The notes beneath the pieces are model-generated. The model did no database searches. It had not been told where the DNA came from and saw only the letters and a program-made list of their open reading frames with translations. Positions 10,082-17,586 of a DNA stretch of 64,000 nt are shown here, piece after piece. The DNA comes from an uncultured Desulfobacteraceae bacterium (GTDB lineage Bacteria > Desulfobacterota > Desulfobacteria > Desulfobacterales > Desulfatirhabdiaceae), in assembly GCA_903909505.1 (NCBI GenBank), contig CAIVVZ010000022.1:4908-68907 (forward strand), given 5' to 3'. Position 1 is the stretch's first letter. Every line of letters starts with the position of its first letter. The translations under genes were made by a program, and so were the position numbers.

Positions 10082-10657
10082 TCAGGAGAGCATTTCACTC
10101 ATTAAGTCCATGTTCTTTTCCAGCATGGCGCCTTCCATGAGATCGGACATGGCGTTCTTGTAATGATCGAATGCGATGCCGGGGATCAGGTGATTCCGGT
10201 GAATACCGGCCAGAACGGCCATGTTCTGCATGCGGGCATCAATAAGGCCGGGTTTCAAAATGCGGATCACCTGAATATTTCTTTTGTTGCAATAGGCAAA
10301 AATGGTATCGTTATCCACTTCGGGCGCCTGATTCAGACGAACCGGCAAGGGCTGCCAAACGGCATCGTAATAAATGGCGGTGCCGCCGTCTTTGAGAAAG
10401 GCGGTTATTCCCCGGAAGGCCTCGTGCCGCTCCAGTGCCACAACCAGATCGGCTTCGCCCTGCCGGATCAGGGGAGAGTAAACGTTGTTTCCGATGCGGA
10501 TCTGGGATACCACGATACCGCCGCGCTGCGCAAGGCCGTGCGTATCCACTCCTTTAACCGGAAAACCGGCATGGTCGGCTGCCCGGAGCAATATTTCGCT
10601 CAGAAGGCCGATTCCCTGCCCGCCGACGCCTGTCAGATAGATATTGAATGGTTTCAC
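10082..10657 (-). CDS. Stand-alone 2-oxoacid:ferredoxin oxidoreductase gamma-domain protein (IorB/POR-gamma-like)
   Basis: NIYLTGVGGQGIGLLSEIL ... GVDTHGLAQRGG is typical of the POR gamma / IorB domain. No alpha or beta partner is present in the window. Confidence 0.7.
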   Translation of the reverse strand: MKPFNIYLTGVGGQGIGLLSEILLRAADHAGFPVKGVDTHGLAQRGGIVVSQIRIGNNVYSPLIRQGEADLVVALERHEAFRGITAFLKDGGTAIYYDAVWQPLPVRLNQAPEVDNDTIFAYCNKRNIQVIRILKPGLIDARMQNMAVLAGIHRNHLIPGIAFDHYKNAMSDLMEGAMLEKNMDLMSEMLS

Positions 10658-10699
10658 AAAACCTCCTTTAGCTCAAACCTGGTCTGAACACAAAAACAA

Positions 10700-10882
10700 C
10701 TATCTTTTTAGATTGTATTTTTCAATCAATTCATTTCTTTCACTATCAGTAAGGGATGTTAGATACGCTTTCCATCCGGGGCACCATCCGGCATGCCATC
10801 TCCATACCCGCCCCAAAAACGATTTGGGATTATTGTCGTATTTTGCCCTGAAAGAACAATGCTTGCAGTTGTGATCAGTCAT
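10700..10882 (-). CDS. Small conserved-looking Cys-containing hypothetical protein (60 aa)
   Basis: A good RBS (aaaggagatgaatccctATG) precedes it. Contains CxxC plus WRWHAGWCPGWKAY. Function unknown. Confidence 0.5.
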   Translation of the reverse strand: MTDHNCKHCSFRAKYDNNPKSFLGRVWRWHAGWCPGWKAYLTSLTDSERNELIEKYNLKR

Positions 10883-10905
10883 AGGGATTCATCTCCTTTT
10901 ATCTG

Positions 10906-10935
10906 CGAACGGATCCTGAGTTTATTGTTTGAGAG
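10906..10935. repeat. Hairpin motif, copy 1 (copy 2 at 16462-16491)
   Basis: cgaacGgatcctgagTttaTtgttTgagag matches copy 2 at 26/30 positions; all 4 differences are transitions. It lies about 27 nt past the stop of the Cdh-like gene. Confidence 0.8.
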
Positions 10936-10961
10936 TTCTTTTTGTATCGTTCTTTCGCGTT

Positions 10962-11657
10962 TCATTGGCAATTTCCTTCTGTGTAGAGCCACTCGGGGCT
11001 GCCTTTTTCAACCCGGACCATAAATCCGCCATCGGGATGGCCGGCAACGAGCACGCCATAGTCGTTAAGATTCGCATCCAGCGCGCCCTTCTTGGCGGTA
11101 CGCCAGACTTCGTCAAGGTCCCGTAGTCGGGATGCCGGAAGTCCGTCTAAGCGCTGGCGGGCATCTTTTCCGAGGCGAAGAATATGAACGTGGAGCTGAT
11201 CCTGGCTGCGCAAACGCGCCGGATTCACCACAAGTGCGATGGCAGCTTCGTCGCTGATCGTCTTTTGTGCGGCAGCCCAGGCAAAACGCCAGATGCCGTC
11301 CGGGAGATTGGGGTCTTCGACGCCCGTAACCCGGGTGCGGGGTATGGCAAGCCCATGTACAAACCCTTCGGGGCAGCCGCACATTTTACGGTCACGGATG
11401 ATTACATAATCTTCACTCTCAGCCCACAATTCTGTCGTATTTTTACATTCTCTGTTGTATGGGCATGTCGCTTCGATCTTTGGCCAGCGACAACGCAGGC
11501 AATAATCCGTAATCGTAGAATCCAGGCAAGTTGTAACGATTTCCCAAAGTGCGTTTCTGGGGTCAGCCCCATCTGCCGATGCCCCGATAAAAGTGTTCGC
11601 AAAAACCATTGCGCCAAATATCAGGGCTCGAATCGTACTGCGGAAAAAGAAATTCAA
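10962..11657 (-). CDS. CDP-diacylglycerol pyrophosphatase (Cdh)-like HIT-type hydrolase, secreted or membrane-anchored
   Basis: QDQLHVHILRL histidine-triad-like motif, and a layout resembling E. coli Cdh (LWEIV..C, FAWAAA, ALVVNP..RSQDQLH). I place the start at TTG 11657 behind a strong RBS (gggaggaactcacTTG), which gives the signal peptide MNFFFRSTIRALIFGAMVFANTFIGASA. The track ORF extends to 11759 but would run through the promoter-like motif. Confidence 0.6.
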   Translation of the reverse strand: MNFFFRSTIRALIFGAMVFANTFIGASADGADPRNALWEIVTTCLDSTITDYCLRCRWPKIEATCPYNRECKNTTELWAESEDYVIIRDRKMCGCPEGFVHGLAIPRTRVTGVEDPNLPDGIWRFAWAAAQKTISDEAAIALVVNPARLRSQDQLHVHILRLGKDARQRLDGLPASRLRDLDEVWRTAKKGALDANLNDYGVLVAGHPDGGFMVRVEKGSPEWLYTEGNCQ

Positions 11658-11730
11658 GTGAGTTCCTCCCTTACCGGTTTTCCCACTTTGGTTCATTTCA
11701 ATCTGGTTCCAGCTATCTTTACTGCTGCGG

Positions 11731-11759
11731 ATCTTATTACAGGAAGCGCATAATGGCAA
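11731..11759 (-). promoter_or_regulatory. Candidate sigma70-type promoter of the Cdh-like gene; part of the shared 5' motif
   Basis: Read on the minus strand: TTGCCA, 17 nt, TAAGAT. The same architecture and flanks recur upstream of the 16518-17294 gene. Confidence 0.35.
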
Positions 11760-11903
11760 GAAACCGCTTAGACCTTGATCATTTTTTTACAGCGGGACAA
11801 GGCGGTGGACCCAATAAACAATGCAGCCAATTTGCAAAAAATGTTTAGGTGTGATGGCTTCGTAAAAAGCCCAATATCTGCGCTATCTCTGCCCCCTTTT
11901 TGA

Positions 11904-11932
11904 TTGACATCTTTGAGTTACGAGAGTAAAAG
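11904..11932 (+). promoter_or_regulatory. Candidate sigma70-type promoter for the Nramp-related operon
   Basis: TTGACA (11904-11909), 17-nt spacer, TAAAAG (11927-11932). This would give a leader of about 350 nt. Confidence 0.3.
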
Positions 11933-12218
11933 GCAGCCATTCCATGATAGTGTGGATGCTGGTGATTGAAATGAGATTATGATGTATCATAATTTTCATG
12001 TTTTTTTTCAACCCTTAAAATGAAAGGCGGTGGTTGTCTCTTTGGACAGTCATAGTTGTACCCAAATACTCTTATTTGCCATCCAGCGGTAAACGGCCCT
12101 TCCTTTCAAACGCACGGCTCCCGCTGGGTATACATTAATTATCAGCGGCGAGAATCCTTCCTTGGTTATACGGTGCTCTCCCCATAACTTAAATCGGTCT
12201 GTATTTTTTTCGCAATGC

Positions 12219-12260
12219 GACAGCTTTGCAATATATTTTGAAGCTGTCCCTTTTTGTTTC
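12219..12260 (+). terminator. Terminator/attenuator-like hairpin in the 5' leader of the Nramp-related gene
   Basis: gacagctt-(14 nt)-aagctgtc is a perfect 8-bp stem, followed by cctttttgtttc. It ends 33 nt before the GTG start at 12293 (RBS agaggtg). Confidence 0.5.
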
Positions 12261-12292
12261 ATGCATTACCTGACCGATGAAAGAGGTGTCCC

Positions 12293-13564
12293 GTGTTCAG
12301 TCTTTCAAAATTCTACTATAAATTTCGCCGGGTATGGAAGGCGATCAAGCTCTTTTTTATCCTTTCCGGCCCCGGTATTGTGGTCATGGTTGCCGACAAT
12401 GACGCAGGTGGCATCACCACTTACGCTGCAACTGGCGCCAAGTTTGGATACAGTATGATTTGGTTTCTGGTCTTTCTGGTGCCGGTAGCCTACTATGTTC
12501 AGGAAATGACCGTCCGGCTGGGCGCCATAACGAAACGGGGGCATGGCGAAGCTATATTTGCGGGTTTTGGGGCCTTCTGGGGCTGGTTTTCACTCCTTGA
12601 CCTGCTTGTGGTAAACTGGCTGACACTTGTCACCGAATTCATCGGTATGACATCCGCTCTGCGGATATTCGGGATTTCGCCTCTGATAACCGTTATCGGG
12701 GTTTGCGCACTGATGGGGATCATGGTGCTCAACGGCAGATACTGGACATGGGAAAAAATCGCCCTTGTTTTCTGTGCCGTGAACCTGATCTACATTCCAG
12801 GGGCTTTCATGGTACATCCGTCAGTGCATGACATCATTCATACGGGGTTGATCCCGAACCTGCCGCCCGGAGGCTTCAATAACGAATATTTCTTTTTTTT
12901 GATGGCCAATATAGGCACCACTATTGCGCCCTGGATGCTTTTTTTCCAGCAAAGTGCTGTGGTGGACAAAGGCATGAAGGAAAAGGATATTCCCTGGGGC
13001 AAGCTGGATACTTTTGTCGGGTCTCTGCTGACTGTAGTTGTTGCCATTTTTATCGTCGTTGTTACGGGTACGATCCTCAAAGGCGTCAATATTGACGATG
13101 CTGCCCAGGCCTCCCAGTTGTTGATCAAAACCAACAAATATGCCGGCACCTTCATGGCTATCGGTCTGTTTGACGCCGGCCTGTTGGGCGCTATCTGCAT
13201 CTCGCTTGCCAGCTCTTGGGCTTTTGGCGAAGTGTTTGGATGGGCTCACTCGCTGAATAATAAAATCCGTGAAGCCCCGTGGTTCTATGCCAATTATTTC
13301 CTTTCTCTCTTTACAGCAGGGGCCGTGGTTTTAATTCCCAATGCCCCTCTGGTGCTGATTACTCTTTTTGTACAGGTTATTGCCGTAACGCTGCTGCCCG
13401 CAGCTCTGGTCTTTCTGATATTGCTTCTCAACAATAAAAAGACCATGGGTGAGCACACCAACAACCTCTGGCAAAATATCGTTGCCACATTCATTGTGGT
13501 GGTGATCGTAATTCTCTCCAGTCTTTATGGAATCAGCACGCTGTTTCCCAGTATGTTCAAATAA
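12293..13564 (+). CDS. Nramp/SLC11 family transporter with NRMT-like (Mg2+-type) binding-site substitutions
   Basis: SGPGIVVMVADNDAGGITTYAATGAKFGY aligns to the canonical ...DPGN... of TM1. GTTIAPWMLFFQQS aligns to the canonical GAT(I/V)MPH..LHS of TM6. GTG start. Confidence 0.85.
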   Translation: MFSLSKFYYKFRRVWKAIKLFFILSGPGIVVMVADNDAGGITTYAATGAKFGYSMIWFLVFLVPVAYYVQEMTVRLGAITKRGHGEAIFAGFGAFWGWFSLLDLLVVNWLTLVTEFIGMTSALRIFGISPLITVIGVCALMGIMVLNGRYWTWEKIALVFCAVNLIYIPGAFMVHPSVHDIIHTGLIPNLPPGGFNNEYFFFLMANIGTTIAPWMLFFQQSAVVDKGMKEKDIPWGKLDTFVGSLLTVVVAIFIVVVTGTILKGVNIDDAAQASQLLIKTNKYAGTFMAIGLFDAGLLGAICISLASSWAFGEVFGWAHSLNNKIREAPWFYANYFLSLFTAGAVVLIPNAPLVLITLFVQVIAVTLLPAALVFLILLLNNKKTMGEHTNNLWQNIVATFIVVVIVILSSLYGISTLFPSMFK

Positions 13565-13576
13565 GAAGGAGGCGCC

Positions 13577-13750
13577 ATGCTGAAAGGATTTTTATTGAAT
13601 AATTTTTCCAAGATCCGCGAGATTAACCGTAAATATGCAAAACCCAATGTGGAGATGTCCCGATGGGTCAAGGCGACACTTCTGTTTTTGCGTCTGTATC
13701 TGATTTTTCTGGTAGGCCTGCTGCTCTACAAATTTATGACAATGATCTGA
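13577..13750 (+). CDS. 57-aa single-pass membrane protein, not in the supplied ORF track
   Basis: ATG at 13577 follows aggagg (13567-13572). Translation: MLKGFLLNNFSKIREINRKYAKPNVEMSRWVKATLLFLRLYLIFLVGLLLYKFMTMI. There are 12-13-nt gaps to both neighbours. Confidence 0.55.
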   Translation: MLKGFLLNNFSKIREINRKYAKPNVEMSRWVKATLLFLRLYLIFLVGLLLYKFMTMI

Positions 13751-13763
13751 TGGGAGAATCGCC

Positions 13764-15038
13764 ATGAACAGCATCATTAAAAAAAACTCTGACACGGACT
13801 TGGTATTTTTTCTTAGCGATCTCATTGGGAATCCGGTGCGTTTAAATAATAAAAAGATCGGAAAGCTGGACGATCTGATTATCGTTGAAAATGAAAAACT
13901 GCCTGAAGTGACCAATATAACCATAAGCCGTCCCTTCGGTCATAAATCCCTTATGATTCCCGTCAACCGGGTATCAAGCTTCGGACGGGATGTCATCGTT
14001 GTCGATATTGAATCAATCGAGGGCTATGAAGGAGAGCCGGAAGAAAATCAAGTTCTGTTGAAAGACCATATCCTGGATAAAAAAGTCATTGATCTGGATG
14101 ACAATGATATCGACATTGTATATGACGTGAAACTGCTGCTGCACGGCCGTCGAATGTACGTCACCGATGTGGATTTCAGCAGATATGGTCTGATCAAACG
14201 GATAGGGCTGAGCTATGTTGCCGAATTCATCTATCATCTGGCCGAAGTGTTTAAGAAGGAAACTATCTCCTGGCGCTATGTCCAGCGGCTTCCGGAAAAA
14301 ATTGGTAGCTTCAAGGGCAACGTAAAGCTGAAGATCCTCAAAGAAACATTGCCGGAAATCCATCCCGTGGATATGGCAGATATTCTGGAAGAGCTTCCGG
14401 AAGAACAGCGGATAGCCATCTTCAACGAACTTGAAACCGAGCATGCCTCTGATACTCTGGAAGAAATCGAGCCCCGGGTTCAGCGCGCCATTATTTCATC
14501 CCTGACAAAGGAACGTAATGCCGAACTGGTAGGAGACATGACTCCGGCTCAGGCTGCGGATGTTCTGTCAATACTGCCAACGCCCTATGCGGAAGAAATT
14601 CTCGATCTCATGAATCCTACAGATGCGGAACAGATCGAGACCATTCTGGAAAAACAGGATCACACCATCAGCGATCTGGTCACCAGCCACTACATTTGCC
14701 TGACGCCAGAAATCCCTGCAGCAGTGGTGGTTGCCGATTTTCGCCGTCTGGCAGCGGACGCCCATGTGGTGGACTACCTTTATGTGACAGACCCAGACAA
14801 CCGGCTGATGGGGGTTGTCAGCCTAGCTGAACTGCTCATGGCTGAACCCAGAACCCCACTTTCCGATATCATGAGTACCCAGGTTATCAGTTTGGATACA
14901 GGCGATTCCATCAGTGATGCCGAAGAAAAATTTACCCGCTATTCGTTTTCTGCATTGCCGGTGACCAATACTGACGATATCCTCTATGGCGTGGTGCCAT
15001 TCCGCGATATCATGAATCTGGAGCACAAATTTGCTTAA
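13764..15038 (+). CDS. Soluble PRC-barrel + MgtE N-domain + CBS-pair protein (MgtE cytoplasmic sensor module without the channel domain)
   Basis: PRC-like N-terminus (LIGNPVRLNNKKIGKLDDLIIVEN). MgtE_N region (HPVDMADILEELPEEQRIAIFNELETEHASDTLEEI ... AADVLSILP). Two CBS motifs follow. No hydrophobic C-terminal segment. Confidence 0.85.
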   Translation: MNSIIKKNSDTDLVFFLSDLIGNPVRLNNKKIGKLDDLIIVENEKLPEVTNITISRPFGHKSLMIPVNRVSSFGRDVIVVDIESIEGYEGEPEENQVLLKDHILDKKVIDLDDNDIDIVYDVKLLLHGRRMYVTDVDFSRYGLIKRIGLSYVAEFIYHLAEVFKKETISWRYVQRLPEKIGSFKGNVKLKILKETLPEIHPVDMADILEELPEEQRIAIFNELETEHASDTLEEIEPRVQRAIISSLTKERNAELVGDMTPAQAADVLSILPTPYAEEILDLMNPTDAEQIETILEKQDHTISDLVTSHYICLTPEIPAAVVVADFRRLAADAHVVDYLYVTDPDNRLMGVVSLAELLMAEPRTPLSDIMSTQVISLDTGDSISDAEEKFTRYSFSALPVTNTDDILYGVVPFRDIMNLEHKFA

Positions 15039-15153
15039 TTGATCCAGATGCCTAACCACTGGTCATAGCGCCCCGTTTTTGAGATGAAAAAAATATAGAT
15101 TAAAGTTTTCAAGCAGGTCTTTATCGACCGCTTAATAAGCCCAGTTTTTGATT

Positions 15154-15645
15154 TCATTGTCTGGATGGTGAGAACCCAATGGTGTACTCGCCGGGCACCA
15201 CGCCATCATAAGCAAAGGAAATTGTCAGGGCTCCTTCAGGTATAGGTATTGTCCTTTCAAATTCCATGGGAAGCGGAATAGAGCCATCATAATCTCCTGC
15301 ATGAATAAGGACGTTTTCAATAACAATTCCCTGATTGTCCAGAAATAACAGGTATACTGCAAGGCGATGAACAATGTTTGGTCCTATGGCGAATCCACCA
15401 ACCAGTTCGTTGGTTCCAGCAATCTTCAAAGTATCCAGCGTCATCTGGTATTGATATTTTATCGCAAGTTCATTGGTTTTCCATACCCCTTGCTGATTCC
15501 CATCTTTAAGCTGGACCATGAAATCGTTTTGGGTTACCTTGTATCCTTTATAGGTGAACAGCCTCCCCCCGCAGCTGGCAACGGTGAAGGCTGCGATCAT
15601 CAAGATAAACGTTGTTTTTACGAATCGGTTATCTTTAAAATGCAT
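15154..15645 (-). CDS. Hypothetical lipoprotein
   Basis: MHFKDNRFVKTTFILMIAAFTVASCGG contains a lipobox (VASC). The start is taken at the internal Met of the track ORF. Confidence 0.55.
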   Translation of the reverse strand: MHFKDNRFVKTTFILMIAAFTVASCGGRLFTYKGYKVTQNDFMVQLKDGNQQGVWKTNELAIKYQYQMTLDTLKIAGTNELVGGFAIGPNIVHRLAVYLLFLDNQGIVIENVLIHAGDYDGSIPLPMEFERTIPIPEGALTISFAYDGVVPGEYTIGFSPSRQ

Positions 15646-15687
15646 CGGATACACCCCCGTAACTAAAAAGTTGATTTGCAACACCAC

Positions 15688-16317
15688 CTACCTTCGGTAT
15701 TTATCAGTCATACGACGCAAGCGCAACCAGCGCAGTAAACCGAAGCCTACCGCCACAACAACGGTTAGTAACAGTGCCATTTTCTCGTACTGTTTGATGT
15801 CCGTAAACAGCCATTGCAGTGGCTGACCACACAAAAAACCAGCTCCGGCGATCAGCATGGCCCATACTGCCGCTCCAAGCAGGTTGAACACCACAAAACG
15901 CCATGCTCCCACATCGCTCATGCCAATCGAGATCGGACCAGTTATCCGTAATCCGTACATGAAACGCACACTGACGATCAGGCCGGCGTGGTAGCGTTGT
16001 AACAACTGATTGACCGGCTGTGCGCGGTTGGATAGGGACGGGAAGCGTGAAAGCAAGGGAGCACCGTAGTAGCGCCCGAGAAAGAAAAAAATCTGATCTC
16101 CCAGCGTGCCGCCACAGAATGCCAACATTACTACCAGTGGGAACGACAAATATCCTTGATGTGCTGCGAAACCAGCCAGGATCAGTACGGTTTCGCCTTC
16201 GAGTACACTACCGACGAACACTGCCAGGTAGCCATACTGAGATAACGGTTGGGTCAGTAACATATGCTGTCTTTCTTCGGCGATCGGGATTTCGGTGTTG
16301 ATAGTCCAGGTAGCCAT
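15688..16317 (-). CDS. DedA family membrane protein
   Basis: YGYLAVFVGSVLEGETVLILAGFAAHQG ... GGTLGDQIFFFLGRYYG are typical DedA/SNARE-associated motifs. Confidence 0.85.
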   Translation of the reverse strand: MATWTINTEIPIAEERQHMLLTQPLSQYGYLAVFVGSVLEGETVLILAGFAAHQGYLSFPLVVMLAFCGGTLGDQIFFFLGRYYGAPLLSRFPSLSNRAQPVNQLLQRYHAGLIVSVRFMYGLRITGPISIGMSDVGAWRFVVFNLLGAAVWAMLIAGAGFLCGQPLQWLFTDIKQYEKMALLLTVVVAVGFGLLRWLRLRRMTDKYRR

Positions 16318-16461
16318 ACCCGGACTGGGTTGATTTTCAGGAAAGTGCCCGGTTCATGGTTTCGTGTTCCATGTATCATTTCCCACTATATCATTGAACA
16401 GATTTTTTCAGAATCCATTTATAATGTCCCACTCAATATAGCTAATTCAACTACTTATCAT

Positions 16462-16491
16462 CGAACAGATCCTGAGCTTACTGTTCGAGAG
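16462..16491. repeat. Hairpin motif, copy 2 (copy 1 at 10906-10935)
   Basis: cgaacagatcctgagcttactgttcgagag has a perfect 7-bp stem (cgaacag/ctgttcg) and a 12-nt loop. It lies 27 nt past the stop of the 16518-17294 gene. Confidence 0.8.
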
Positions 16492-16517
16492 CACAGGTTG
16501 TGTTGATTTGGCATTTC

Positions 16518-17294
16518 TCACCGATTTTTCCACACGGGTGTTTTCTTTTCGATAAACGCCGCAATGCCGTTCTGGGCGTCTTCGGACGTCAGATTCATGA
16601 CAATGGTATGTTTGGCATAATTCATGGCGGGGTCATCCGGCTGATCAATCTGGGCGTAAAAACCCTGCTTGCCGATGGATAGCACAAAGCGGCTGGCTTC
16701 GGTGATCTGAATGGCCAGCTTTTTTGTTTCTCCGGGCAAATCTTCAAGGGGCACGACGCGGTTAATCAGGCCCAGTTCCCTGGCTTCCGATGCCGGAAAA
16801 AACCGGCCGGTAAGCAGCATTTCCATGGCAGCCTTGCGTCCGATGGCTCGGGTGATCGCCACCATGGGAGTTGTGCAGAACAGTCCGATCTTGACGCCGG
16901 GCGTGGCAAACCTGGCTCCTTCCTCTGCCACAGCCAGGTCACACCAGGCCACCAGCTGACAACCGGCCGCGGTGGCAACCCCCTGAACCTGGGCAATGAC
17001 CGGCTGGGGGATAGTGTGGATCAGCTGCATCATCTGCGTGCACTGGTCGAAAATAAACTTGTATTCTTTTACGCCCTGTTCCCGCATCTCGGACAGGTCG
17101 TGCCCTGCGCAGAAATGTTTCCCAGTCGCCCGGATGACGATGACCTTGATCGATTCATCCACTGACACGGCTGTCAGCAAATAGATCATTTCGCCGATCA
17201 TTTTTTTAGACAACGCATTAAATTTTGACGGATTGTTCAATGTCAGATAGCCGACAGGCCCTTCCGCGGAAAAAAGTAACTCTTCATAATCCAT
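16518..17294 (-). CDS. Enoyl-CoA hydratase/isomerase family protein
   Basis: FCAGHDL and AQVQGVATAAGCQLVA motifs. The start is chosen at MDYEEL behind the RBS caaggaggattttctATG. Confidence 0.85.
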   Translation of the reverse strand: MDYEELLFSAEGPVGYLTLNNPSKFNALSKKMIGEMIYLLTAVSVDESIKVIVIRATGKHFCAGHDLSEMREQGVKEYKFIFDQCTQMMQLIHTIPQPVIAQVQGVATAAGCQLVAWCDLAVAEEGARFATPGVKIGLFCTTPMVAITRAIGRKAAMEMLLTGRFFPASEARELGLINRVVPLEDLPGETKKLAIQITEASRFVLSIGKQGFYAQIDQPDDPAMNYAKHTIVMNLTSEDAQNGIAAFIEKKTPVWKNR

Positions 17295-17387
17295 AGAAAA
17301 TCCTCCTTGATATTTCCGACATTTCAGTTTTATCAAGCCTCTTGATCCGATTCCAGCAACCTTTTTCAATTCAATTCAATTCATATC

Positions 17388-17416
17388 TTATTATTACAGG
17401 AAGCCTGGAATGGCAA
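17388..17416 (-). promoter_or_regulatory. Candidate sigma70-type promoter of the enoyl-CoA hydratase gene; part of the shared 5' motif
   Basis: Read on the minus strand: TTGCCA, 17 nt, TAATAA. The flanks are shared with 11731-11774. Confidence 0.35.
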
Positions 17417-17586
17417 TAAGCCACTTAACCCTGTTTGCATTTATATGGGATCGTAGGGCATATCGATTGGTACCGGCGACACCCAAGAGAACTATTTGCG
17501 TTTTTTAGAGAAATCATTCATAACCTGTCCATCTGGACGGAACTGTAATCACTCTTAATCCCTATACTTTCAGCAGGGCAAAATCC

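Noticed and set aside
11940-12218. M-box (ykoK) or yybP-ykoY Mn2+ riboswitch in the leader of the Nramp-related gene
   Set aside because: By eye I could not find the conserved cores on the correct strand: GUUAGGUGAGGCUCC and GUGCUAAAGCUCUAC for the M-box, or GGGGAGUAG...GGAGAGAC for yybP-ykoY. Only a generic structured leader is claimed. A covariance-model scan is still needed.
12050-12262. 70-aa minus-strand ORF inside the Nramp-related gene leader
   Set aside because: It has no RBS, its composition is unremarkable, and it overlaps the hairpins and terminator of the plus-strand leader. It is treated as non-coding.
10906-17431. Integron gene-cassette interpretation of the two genes bracketed by shared 5' and 3' motifs
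   Set aside because: There is no integrase, and the two units are 4.7 kb apart with other genes between them. The hairpin lacks the RYYYAAC/GTTRRRY core sites of attC. The 5' motif reads better as a promoter.
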